A stretch of DNA of 64,000 bases from Octopus sinensis. Its lineage: Eukaryota. Of this stretch, positions 37,150-48,808 are shown piece after piece. Made by a program: the position numbers and the translations under genes. Where the stretch lies: NCBI RefSeq assembly GCF_006345805.1, contig NC_043015.1, positions 17,918,001-17,982,000 of the forward strand, in the 5' to 3' direction. Every line of letters begins with the position of its first letter. Within the stretch, counting starts at the first letter, position 1. The notes beneath the pieces are model-generated. The model did no database searches. It was given only the letters and a program-made list of their open reading frames with translations, and was not told the DNA's origin.

Positions 37150-38900
37150 CCTTTCTACTAAAGGCACAGGATCTGAAATTTTGGGGGAAGGGGCCAGTCA
37201 ATTAGATCGGCCCCAGTATGCAGCTGGTACTTAATTTGTCAACCCTGAAAGGATGAAAGGCAAAGTTGACCTTGGTGGAATTTGAACTCAGAATATAGTG
37301 ACAGGTGAAAAACTGCTAAGCATTTCATCCAGCGTGCTAGCAATTCTGCCAGCTCAGAAACCTTTACGGTAAAACAATCAACTGTATACTGCAAATGATA
37401 AACAACTGGAAATATTACAGAGAGCGCATGGATTTACCAAAGCAATAAACGTGAAATTTGGCAAAGAAAAATGTGCCAAAGCAACCTTGAAAAGAGGAAA
37501 ACTAGTAAAACAGAACAAGAAAATGAAATAAGAGAATTAGACCAAATCCAGATATACAACTACTTAGAAATCAATGAGCTAGACATAACGCAACACACAC
37601 AAATGAAAGAAAATAAGAAAGGAATACTATAGAAGAATTAGATTACTACTTAAAACAGAGCTCAATGCAACAAGAGCTATCACTACTCTAGCTGTCTCAG
37701 TTATAATTGATTGGACATTAAATAAATTAAACAAACTAGCAAGGAAACAAGAAAAATAATGATGGAATTTAGAATACACCACCCAAAATCTGACATAGAA
37801 ATGCTATATATACAATGAATTGAAGGTGGTAGAGGATATACAACTAGAAAACTACTATAAAATAACCACCATAGGATTATGCAAATATCTAACTTAAAAC
37901 CAAGGAAAACAGTTACAAATAGCCACAAAACATTAGTAAAACAAAATACTGTTTTCTGTCTTTAAAGAAGCCATAAAATAAAAGAAAGAAGTCATAGTAC
38001 CTGACAACTAAGAAGAAAAAGAGCAAATAACAAAAACTGTAAAGCAACTGAAATCTAAACTAAAACTGGAACAACAAAATATCATGATAAAACAATGGCA
38101 AGAAAAGCCCTTACATGGCAAATACTGGGATAAGCTAAACAGAAAAGAAATAGACAAAGTAAAATCCCAACAATGGTTGAGAAGTTCAGGACTCGAAACC
38201 ACCAGAAATACATAATGAAGAAAAATACAATAAGTAACTGCAAAATATATGTGGTGATGAGGAAGAAATAAATCATATTGTCTCTGGCTGCTCAGTCCAG
38301 GCTACGAAGGAATATATCCACAGACATGACAGAGTCAGGACCTATATACACTGGAAGCTATGCCAACACTATGGAATGACAACAGAAAAAAGATGGTATA
38401 GGCATATATTAGAAAAGGTCTCAGAAAATGACAAAGCAATCATACTTTGGGATATGCTAATACACACAGATAGAGAGATCAAGGCTAATATACCAGATAT
38501 AGTCATCAGAGATCAAGAAAAAAATGCCTTCTAATCGATATATCAATCACAACAGATGACAGCATAATAGAAATGGAGAAACTCTCAAAATACAAAGATT
38601 TGGAAATAGAGATAACCTGAAAGTGGAACCTAAAAACAGAAACAATCCCTATTATATTGGTGCATTAGGTATAATTAAAAAACATACAAATATATAAGCA
38701 AAGCACCAGGACTTATGAATATATATAACATAGAGAAAATAGCACTATGGGAACACACACATCCTACATAAAGCACTCTCAATACAATGAAAATAAGAGC
38801 ACCACAGCACATACCCAAGGAACACAGCTGTACTCAGTAGTGCAGTGAAAGCATGTGATAAAAATAAGATGACTGAATAATAATGATAATGATAATAATA
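34390..38900 (+). mobile_element. Cluster of decayed R4/Dong-clade non-LTR elements (RT remnants plus restriction-like endonuclease C-termini)
   Basis: Remnant motifs ILWDMLIHTDREIKANIPDIVI...LIDISITTD...EKLSKYKDLEIEI (38440-38620), with related copies at 36270-36480 and 36725-36880. RT remnants at 35150-35750 and 37390-37950. Ends run into (AAT)n. Confidence 0.7.
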
Positions 38901-39570
38901 ATAGTTTTCAAATTTTGGCATGTCAGCAATTTCGTGGGAGGGGATAAGTTGATTACATCAACCCAAGCACTCAACTGGTACTTATTTTATCAACCTCATA
39001 GGAAATATCTATTTTCACAAGTGTTTAATGAATCCTAAAGAAGCAAAGGAGATAAAATGTATAAATTCTTGAAGCAAAATATAAACTAAATAAGTGAAAA
39101 ATGTAGTTTTGATTAATAGGTTTAGTTGTCTATGCAGATTAGCAGATTAAAGGTTGAAATATTAAATTGTGTAGGAAGGCCAACAGAAATAGGGGTAATT
39201 TAAATTCAAAGACACTGTCATGTTAAACAATGTTAAACTGTGTTCCTTGGGTATGTTAAACAATGGAGACAGTGATGTTTATAACTTCTATAGGTCATCA
39301 GGGTAAGAAGGTAAGGCTGATGTTGAGTATAAATTACATATAAAACATGAGCAAATAGTGAGGGGAGGAAGAAATACGGAAGAATGTTGATGTCTTCAGC
39401 CGAATATTGTTGATCAGTGTTAGGACTCCAAACTTTGTGTATGAAGCCACCATTGGCACCATCACCATTTTATGTTGAATAAAAATGAAACTGGATTTGT
39501 GGTGGTGGTGGTGGGGTAATCAGACAGACAAACAAAAAGGAAGAGAGAGAGAGAGGGAGAGAGAGAGAGG

Positions 39571-39602
<32 letters not shown>

Positions 39603-40184
39603 TGTAAAGAGAAGAAAAGCAGACTAAGAAAATGTCAAATAACTAAATTATAAGAACAATAAAAATAGTTGATAAATCTGGAAGAGTTAGTAGCTAAAGT
39701 ACTTAAAAATCTTATGACTCATGTTCCACTTGGAGCTGAAGAGAATATACTGTATATAGCAACATGTCTCCAGAACTATGTATTTTGGAAAAGATAAGTG
39801 AGTCAACAATACAGAGAAGGTTGCAAAGTTGGAAAAGGTGGTGGTGGTGGTGAGAAGGAGTAGCAGTCACAAATGAGAAAAACATCCTGTGGAAGCATTC
39901 TTATTTATCATATATTTAATAATTGATATAAACATACAATAATGGAAACTTTTTTTTTTGACACTGATCCAAATAATGACCATGGTATCCTTTATGAGCC
40001 AATGATAATTATGTAACAGCTATGGAAAAAAACATTATACAGCTGAAGTGGACACACCTGTTGATAGGGTTATTTTCCTAAAGTAATTTTTGATGTTACC
40101 TAAAAAATAGTGAGCTATTGGTTTGTAGTAGTGAGCTTTATTTGTTTTGATCTCCTCTGGCAAATATTCTTTTATTCTTTTTTC

Positions 40185-40575
40185 TTTTACTTGTTTCAGT
40201 CAATTGACTGCAGCCATGCTGGAGCACCGCCTTTAGCCAAAGAAACTGCCCCCAGGACTTATTCTTTGCAAGCCTAGTACTTATTCTATCAGTTTCTTTT
40301 GCCGAACCGCTAAGTCATGGGAACGTGAACACACAAACATCGGTTGTCAAGCGATGTTGGGGGGAGGGGGGGGCAAACACACACACACAAATATATATAT
40401 ATATATACATACGATGGGCTTCTTTCAGTTTCTGTCTACCAAATCCACTCACAAGGCTTTGGTTGGCCTGAGGCTATAGTAGAAGACACTTGCCCAAGGT
40501 GCCACGCAGTGGAACTGAACCCAGAACCATGTGGTTGGTAAGCGAGCTACTTACCACATAGCCACTCCTGCACCT
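40185..40575 (-). mobile_element. tRNA-derived CORE-like SINE; other copies at ~16840-16985(-), 40910-41200(+), 44200-44345(+), 49745-49905 plus 50955-51150(+), 62051-62215(+)
   Basis: Head ggcgcagg.gtggctgtgtggtaag...ggttcagtcccactgcgtggcaccttgggcaagtgtctt, central microsatellite, tail ...gactgaaacaagtaaaaga. Confidence 0.85.
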
Positions 40576-41324
40576 AGATAGTGTAATTTATATTTAGGGG
40601 CTCAGACAGAGGACAGAGAACACATACTCCTGCACTAAATATGTGGTCTCCAGATTTACACGGAAGAAATACTAATAAAACCCAAAGGAATGGAAAATTG
40701 AGTAAAAATTTGAATCTATTAATGAAAATTATAATTTACAAGGTTGTTGCCTGCTGCTATGCTGCTGGTAAAAATATTTGTTAATAATGCATTTACCTTC
40801 ATAAATTGTTCAAATGAAAGTCCTTTTTTAAAGTCTGTGTAGATATGTCTATAAGTTGAAAGATATACAAACACACACATAAACAACGAAAAAGAAAAGA
40901 ACTAAAAGCTTGTTTCTCAACATGGTTCCAGGTTCACTGCCTGGCAACTTGAGCAAGTGTCTTGTACTATAGCACTGAGCTCACTAAAGCTTTGTGAGTG
41001 GATTTGGTAGATGGAAACTGAAAGAAGCCTTTATATATATGTGTGTGTGTGTTTATCCCCCACCACTGCTTGACAACCCATGTTGGTGTGTTTATGTCCT
41101 TATGACTCAGTGTTTTGGTAAAAGGGACTGATAGAATAAGTACCAGGCTTAAAAAATATAAAGGACTGGGGCCAATTCATTTGACTAAGATTTGTCATGG
41201 TGGTGGCTCTTTTTTTTATGAAGTCTGTGTTGTGTTGATAGACTTGCACTTAAAAATCCCACATTTTTAATCAAAACTTGTTCGTTACTAAGGGAACAAC
41301 ACGACCTATTATCTATCTTTCACA

Positions 41325-41603
41325 CACATTCCCTCTCACTGTATTTCTCTTTCAACAACATTTTCTTCTCTCCTTCTTCCCTCTCTCTACACAGATGTTA
41401 CAAACAAATACATGGGGATCAGCTCCTTTATAATACATTTTCATAATAACAGTTGTAAAATTATCCTAAAAAAAATTTGGTGGTTAGCTTGATAAACTGT
41501 TAGCTACACTGTATCAAATGCATTAAACTACAGCTATTTTATCTAACGTCCTCACCACCAAAAAAACACTGAATTGTATCCAGATAGTTTAGAAAACAAT
41601 TCT
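41325..41603 (+). repeat. Left arm of a 279-bp inverted duplication
   Basis: Reverse complement of 43467-43745; no mismatch found by eye, including the A7/A8 runs. Confidence 0.95.
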
Positions 41604-42079
41604 TTCCCAAATTACCCTGCTTTTTGTCCATTTCACTGAACTTATCACTCATGTTAGATTATAGTCTGTGCTTCCTCAGAAAATGGCTAAGCAATGTGAG
41701 TTTTCTAATTAACCTTCATTACTTAGTCTTGATTCTACTGTTTCAATAGACGTAATGAAAAACCTGATAGAAAAATTAAAGTGAGATAAGAAATAGAGAG
41801 AAAAAAGTTAGAAAGGTGAAAAAGGGAAAGCAGGAAGATAATATAATTGTTTCTATTTTAAAGACAAGTCCAGCAATTTTGAGGGGAACAAGTTAAGTCA
41901 ATACTATTGACCTCAGTACTAGATCAGTTGATCTGGACAAAAATGGTAATTCCAGCATTGGCTGGAGAGTATTGAAAAATGAGATATTACACAATACTCA
42001 TTACATGGGAGGTAACTCTGTGGCCCAACTAAAATGACATTAATGGGAAAATTATGGCTAACAGAATACAATGTGGATT

Positions 42080-42320
42080 GATGTATGATGTGGTGTAGTG
42101 GGATGTGATGTTGTGAGATATAGTATGGTGCAATGTGGTGTGAGGTAGTGTAGTGTCATGTGGTGTGATGTTGGGTGGTGTATTATGGTGCCGTGTAGTG
42201 CACTAGGATGTGATGTAGTACATGTAATATAAAGTGGTGTGATGTGAAGTAAGTAACGTGTAGTGTAGGTGGTGTGATATTATGTTGTATGATGTCATAT
42301 GATGCAATGTGTTGTGGTAC
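42080..42320. repeat. Degenerate pentanucleotide (TGTGR-like) repeat
   Basis: tgtggtgtagtgggatgtgatgttgtga... Confidence 0.8.
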
Positions 42321-43466
42321 ATTTTATATTTTCACAATACAACAGCAATTATACAGAGCTACAGTACAGAAAATATGGGGATGATAAAGGAATATCATTA
42401 AAAACATTTATTCTGGGAATTAAGAATTAAAGTAGTAGATGGACTATAAATTATGATCGCATGATGTCTGGCCAGCTAAACAGAATTCAGTGTGAAAAAT
42501 TACTGGCACAGTTTCAATTATACAACTAATACATTTAAGAGACATGAATATCACAACTTCCCAATAACATTCCTCCCCAAACAGTAGTAAGTCCTATTCT
42601 TGCAAGAAAACTGAATGCCATTAATAATTAGAACTTGCAATACTATAATGAACACAGACGAAGTAAAACAAATGGTTAATTAAAGTAGAACATAAGATTA
42701 GTCAAAAGCAGAACATTATTACGATATTTCATGGTTCATTGATAAAAAGAAATAAGGCATAAATATAATATAGTTAATTCAGTGAAACATTTTTTTTAAA
42801 TGTGCTTATAAAAAGAAAAGAAAGAAAATTCTGTCTGAAAAAAAAATAGTGATTAATTAAAAATAAGATAAAGATTATAGGAAATGGTACTCGCAAATTC
42901 CTGGAAAATAAATTTGAACTGTTTCAAAAGACCTGAAAAATACTGCTGTATTCAACAAGATAGTCAAAAATATAAATGGAGAAGGGGAAAGAAATCAGCT
43001 CATTGTAGGTAACAATTAGGTTTTGAGTTATTTTGTATTAATAATATACCAATACCACTAACAGAACAAAGAGAATATAGAAGTAATTTTACATCAGAAC
43101 AAAAAGACAAACACATAAGTTATATTTATGAGTCTAACTGGAACTCTATTAAAGTACTGTAGTCAATAGTAAAAATTAATAGGGATAGTGACTAATGGGA
43201 AGTTAACAAGTTATGTTAAGTTAATTGCTGAAAAGTCATATTTGTTGCTGTTATTTAGCCTGAGGTCTTCCTAATCAAGCAGTGCTATGATCAAAAACAT
43301 TCCATCTGTGACCATTCAGTGTTTTTTTTTTTTAAGCAGACATTATCCTATTTGCTCTTCTATTTGTCAGAAGGTAGGGTGTGACTGACTTAGCAGGTTG
43401 AGTAACTACTTTTCTATTTTAATCTTCAGTTTTATTCTCTTATAGTTAACACTAAATATATATAAT

Positions 43467-43745
43467 AGAATTGTTTTCTAAACTATCTGGATACAATTCA
43501 GTGTTTTTTTGGTGGTGAGGACGTTAGATAAAATAGCTGTAGTTTAATGCATTTGATACAGTGTAGCTAACAGTTTATCAAGCTAACCACCAAATTTTTT
43601 TTAGGATAATTTTACAACTGTTATTATGAAAATGTATTATAAAGGAGCTGATCCCCATGTATTTGTTTGTAACATCTGTGTAGAGAGAGGGAAGAAGGAG
43701 AGAAGAAAATGTTGTTGAAAGAGAAATACAGTGAGAGGGAATGTG
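43467..43745 (-). repeat. Right arm of the 279-bp inverted duplication
   Basis: See 41325-41603; the spacer is 1863 bp. Confidence 0.95.
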
Positions 43746-45221
43746 GAGTAGTAAGGAAATATAAAAGCACCAATTCTGATAGTTCAGATATTTATTATCT
43801 CTTCATTAAATACAGATATAAAACAGTTAACTGTTGCAATGCAACTGAACTACTCAGAAATTATTTACTATTATGATATTCTAAATTTAAACTTCCCAAC
43901 AAAATACAGAGTAAAATTGGAATTAAATGAAAACATTGGGCAAACATAAACTACAATTTACTGATACAATGCAAGAAATACATAACAGTGCACTTAATTT
44001 CCAGCAATACTTCATGTTCTGTTGACAGTATAACAGTAACAGACTATAATTGTGGGTCATTGGGTAAGTAATACCTTACATACTATTGCTGTAGGTTGGG
44101 TTTTCGATTTCACTTGAGTTACATGTTAAGAAATATGAAGAGGACACTGCAAGTGGAAGATTTGACATGTTAAAAAAAAAGTACAAAAAAAAAAACGTGC
44201 AGGAGTGGCTGTGTGGTAAATAGCTTCCTTACCAACCACATGGTTCCAGGTTCAGTCCCACTGCATGGCACCTTGGGCAAGTGTCTTCTACTATAGCCTC
44301 GGGCCGACCAAAGCTTTGTGAGTGGATTTGGTAGACAGAAACTGAGAAGGAAAATAAATGTGTGTACATGAGCGTACATGTGTGTATGCATGAATACTCA
44401 CACATACACATCTGATACTGATGTTTCTCTTTATTGTTACTCTGAGATTCACATCTCTACCTTTGATTGCAAAAATATAAAGTTCAGAGTAATGACAGAA
44501 AGAAGCCTTAGCTTTGAATAAACTTTACTATATATATTGACCACTTTTAGCCCACCATCTTTTCTAAAGTTATATATATCCAAAATGGAGAATAACACCA
44601 ATTTCTCTAGATAACTGGCTAGAAATATTGTTAAGATATCTTCCTAACATGAAATCAATGGTAGCCTTAATACACAAATAAAGAATTATTATCCACTAAT
44701 GTGGTGTTGAGCACTCATTCTTCGATATTTACATTTACATTTATATATATATATATATAAGTTCAGCAAAATTTAGATTCAGATGAATATGGTACTTAAG
44801 TTAAAGGCAGCAGAATTTGGTATAGTATTATCCATATAAATCAAATGGGATGATTATAATCAAAATAAGCAACAAGGATATCCAAGGTAGTGTAGTACAA
44901 TCGTTTCATGTTACTTCATTTTATTAAACACTGTAAGTATTACATCAGTTTTAAAATGTCGAGCAATCTTCAGCCACATATAGAATTTTTTAATTAAACA
45001 GACAATGCACATTTTTATACTTCTTTCATTTGCCAACATTACAAAGAGGGTAAGATATATAGACAGAGAGGTTAATTTCATTAAGAACATGGTGGTAGTA
45101 GGTCCTTCTTCATCTGTATTTATTTTTTATCACTGAGTTCACTTTGTTATTTAGATCTATCAGTGGGGAGGGGTTTCTATTCTTGGTTCAATGGAGACAA
45201 ACAAGAATTTTTTTCTATTTA

Positions 45222-46435
45222 CAAGGGGCGTTCAGTAAGTAATGCCCCTGACCCACTTCCCATAGCAGTAGAGCAACGAAACTTGGCACAGTTATTAGTC
45301 TTTTTCTACATAGGAACCACCCAGAGTTACGCATTTCTCCCATCATTTGATGCAGCTTTGGAGACCATTTTTGTAGAAGACCCCAGCTTGGTCCTCCAAC
45401 TACAATGTGGCTTCAGAAATCAAGGCTGCATCATCTGGGAAACGCTTTCCTTTCAAAAACAACTTCATGGCTGGGAAGAGGTGAAAATCAGAGGGTGCAA
45501 GGTCAGGAGAGTAGGGGGGAGTTCATAGCCACACGCCTGTGCTTCTGATCTGGCGACATGCGAGTTGTGGACCGGAGCGTTGTCCTGCAGGAGGAGGATG
45601 CCTTTGCTGATCTTGCCCCGCCTCTTGATTTTGATAGCTTCTCTTAATTTCCTCAAAAGTGAAGGATAATAGGCTCCTGTAATTGTGGTATCTTTTGCCA
45701 GGAAATCTGTCATCACTACTCCGTCCTGGTCCCAGAAGACGGTGAGCATGACCTTGCCAGCGGAGGGCTGCACCCTTGCCTTCTTTGGAGGAGGTGAGTC
45801 ACGGTGCTTCCACTGCATTGACTGGGCTTTGGTCTCTGGATCATAGTGATGGACACAGGTTTCATCCTGTGTAATCAGTCTTTTGAAAAATTTTGACTCA
45901 TCTTTTTGGCACATCTCCAAATTCATCCTCAAGCACTCGACGCGTTCTTGCTTCTGGAAAGGTGTGAGCAGCCTGGGAATCCATCTGGCAGACACCTTTT
46001 GCATATGCAAATGGTCATGAATGATAGTTTCCACAGCCTCAACTTGACGGACAGATGCCTCATCAATGGCAGAAGTGGGGCAACCAGATCAGGGAGCTGT
46101 TTCCACAGAGTTCCGACCATGTTTGAATTCACGATGCCAGCGTTTTACAAGGTCATATGATGGGGCATCATCACCATAAGTTACTTTCATTTCATCAAAA
46201 GTCTCCCGTGGTGTGTGTCCTTTCAAATACAAAAACCGGATCACTGCTCGATACTCAACAGGCTCCATTTCACACTTGACTCAGTTCAAACACCTGTAAA
46301 TCAGAAACCCCAATTAGTTCAGAGCTGTAATTTGCCACTTAATCTATTGAGATATAAATAATTGCACATGCAAAATTTCAGCTAGATCAAACAACTGCAA
46401 GTGGGTCAGGGACATTACTTATTGAACGTCCCTCA
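45222..46435 (-). mobile_element. Second mariner copy of the same family, with a ~70-bp internal deletion
   Basis: Same TIRs and TA flanks, near-identical to 27061-28343, lacking the segment between ttccacag and cctcaac. Confidence 0.92.
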
Positions 46436-46516
46436 TATAGAGGAAGGGGTAGTACAAATGTCAAAGACATAAATCCATCCTCATTCTGAGGAATTTAACT
46501 TGGGCATATTTGAATG

Positions 46517-47098
46517 TCAGAAATAGTAAATTTCTAAATATCTCATAGAGATATGTACGGTGGTGGGGCGATAGAGTGGTTGCATACTATCAACTTAACA
46601 TGACAGTAGGGGATTACACCACCGCTGTTTAGCCCTAGGTAGCATCGATGCTTCTTGTCGGCTTCCCCTTTGTAAATATATAAGGACACAGGAAATGTGT
46701 CGAAGCCAACAGGAAGCATCGATGCTTCCTAGGGCTAAACAGCGGTGGTGTAATCCCCTACTGTCACGTTAAGTTGACAGTATACAACCACTCTATCGCC
46801 CCACCACCGTACATATCTCTATGAGATATTTAGAAATTTAATATTTCTGATTTTGGTGATCAGTGAATAAACTTCACTGAAAATTAGATATATATATTTG
46901 CGAAGTCGAGACAGATATCTTCAGCTGGCAGGCTTCTGCTACTCTAGACCAATGATGAGCAAAGACCCTGAAACATGTGTGTCTCTAGATGCAGGCCTAG
47001 CTCTTGGGGGTATTTGTCTCCTCTTCGTAAATATATAAGGACACAGGAAATGTGTCGAAGCCGACAGGAAGCATCAATGCTTCCTAGGGCTAAACAGC
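46517..47098 (+). mobile_element. Hammerhead-family element: 149-bp inverted arms plus a 355-bp partial tandem
   Basis: Arms at 46517-46665 and 46702-46850. gtaaatatataaggacacagg... occurs at 46672 and 47027 (period 355). Confidence 0.85.
46943..46989 (+). ncRNA. Degenerate hammerhead motif, homologous to 32620-32660
   Basis: TCTAGA-CCAATGATGA-GCAAAGACCCT-GAAA-CATG(TGTG)-TC-TCTAGA. Confidence 0.5.
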
Positions 47099-47559
47099 AT
47101 ATTTGAATGCATTATAGCAAAAGTTAGTAGGCTGAAGTTAGTGGGGTAGGGAGAATAGAGACTACTAATGCTCTAGAGGTTTCTAATGTCCCTTACCATT
47201 TAACAGCCATAATTCTGCTTGTGAATTTGAAATAAATATCCTTTACATAGAATTCAAAGGATTCCAATACATTTTAGTATCTTATATAGGGATAGAAAAT
47301 ATAGAAATAATTTCATATTTATATAAATATATATATATATATCCATTTCTAAAAATATAGAATCATAGTTAGTTAGTAAATAGTGATTAATTTTATTAAC
47401 GAGTTAAATTAAAGGAACATGCTAGACATAATATTTACTAACTGTAAAAAAAAAAACACTATCAATTTAGCACATATATCAGGAGTCTATAAGATGTATT
47501 AAAAAGTAATGGAAGGGAGGTAATCAAGATGAACCAAATAATTTCCCAAGATATATAGA

Positions 47560-48300
47560 ATTTTTGCAATCCCATATAAGAGACTATCAAAAAATTCTAA
47601 TTTCACTTTATTCAAATTTATTTATATTATAAAATTTCTTAATAATCTATGCAGGTTAAATAAAAGCTAGTATGGTATATTAATTCCTTATTTGGTTACA
47701 AAGTATGATTTGAAAATTTAGGAATGGTCAGAATGTTATTATTAAAAATACTTAAAAGTACAAATGGCACAATGTATACAGGATACTCCTAGTTCAGAAG
47801 GGTTATTCAATAAGTTTGTATTATTCCTATGTTTCAAAATTTCATGTCTCCATGGAACAAAGTTCACATCCATCCCTACTATTTTTATAAGGTTGTGCCT
47901 TTCTTTTTTCTTTCAGTTCCCAAATTTTACTGGACAGCGTTGTGCAACCCGCCCTATGTTTAAGTCTAAAAGTAGAAAAATGATTGTTCAAACGTTTTTT
48001 TTAGGTCTATCGAACATCCAAAATAAAGATAGCTATTATTTAGTCATTATTGTACATTTATAAATTACATTTTGATCTAATACTACAATTACAACTGGGG
48101 GGATGATTCCTGATATTATTATCATTTAGGAACAAGCTGTTTTCCTTTTCAATATTAGAGCTATTACTAGCATTAGTGTTATTTCCCTTATCTATAATTA
48201 TATTGTTATGTAAGATAGGGTTGTTTGTTACTAATCTTTCCTTAATTTCCTCACTTTCCACATTTTTATTATTATCATTTATATTATTGATATTATTATT
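47560..48300 (-). pseudogene. Decayed Penelope-type GIY-YIG endonuclease region
   Basis: Minus frame HPPSCNCSIRSKC resembles the CNCRxKxxC linker before the PLE GIY-YIG domain; downstream frames are broken. Confidence 0.5.
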
Positions 48301-48418
48301 GTTTATATTATTATTATTATTATTATTATCATCATGTAATACTTACAGTGTTTAATACAATGAAGTAACATGAAACGATTGTACTACACTACCTTGGATA
48401 TCCTTGTTGCTTATTTTG

Positions 48419-48468
<50 letters not shown>

Positions 48469-48471
48469 TGT

Positions 48472-48528
<57 letters not shown>

Positions 48529-48537
48529 AATAAATAT

Positions 48538-48808
48538 TGTAGAATACAAACAAGAAGGTGGTATATTTTCAGACGAACAGCATTGCCATTAGAACAGCAG
48601 AAATAATGGATAAATTACCCTTACAAGGTGGAAAAAGTCATCAACAGCCATAGGAGTCGAACCCACATCCTGCAAGACACCAGCTGAGTGCTTTACCATT
48701 AACCTTAACTGCCCACTGACAACTTTTCCCACCTTTACCCATTATTTCTGCTGTTCTAACGGCAATGTTGCATTTGGAAAAATATCACCTTCTTGTTCAT
48801 ATAGTACA
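48538..48808. mobile_element. Fold-back element with ~90-105-bp arms and a 73-nt tRNA-like loop (minus strand, 48644-48716)
   Basis: Arms aacaagaaggtg...cattgccattagaacagcagaaataatgg...aaggtggaaaaag and their complement. The loop reads ggttaatggtaaagcac...gtgggttcgactcctat on the minus strand. Confidence 0.75.

Noticed and set aside
41617-41652. Minus-strand mini-ORF MSDKFSEMDKKQ followed by a G|GTAAT donor-like site, as a possible WTAP first coding exon
   Set aside because: No similarity I can support, and the intervening conserved WTAP exons are not present downstream of it in the window.
48644-48716. Functional tRNA genes (also 63036-63111 and 23813-23885)
   Set aside because: Acceptor and anticodon stems are imperfect and all lie inside repeated elements, so they are called tRNA-like only.
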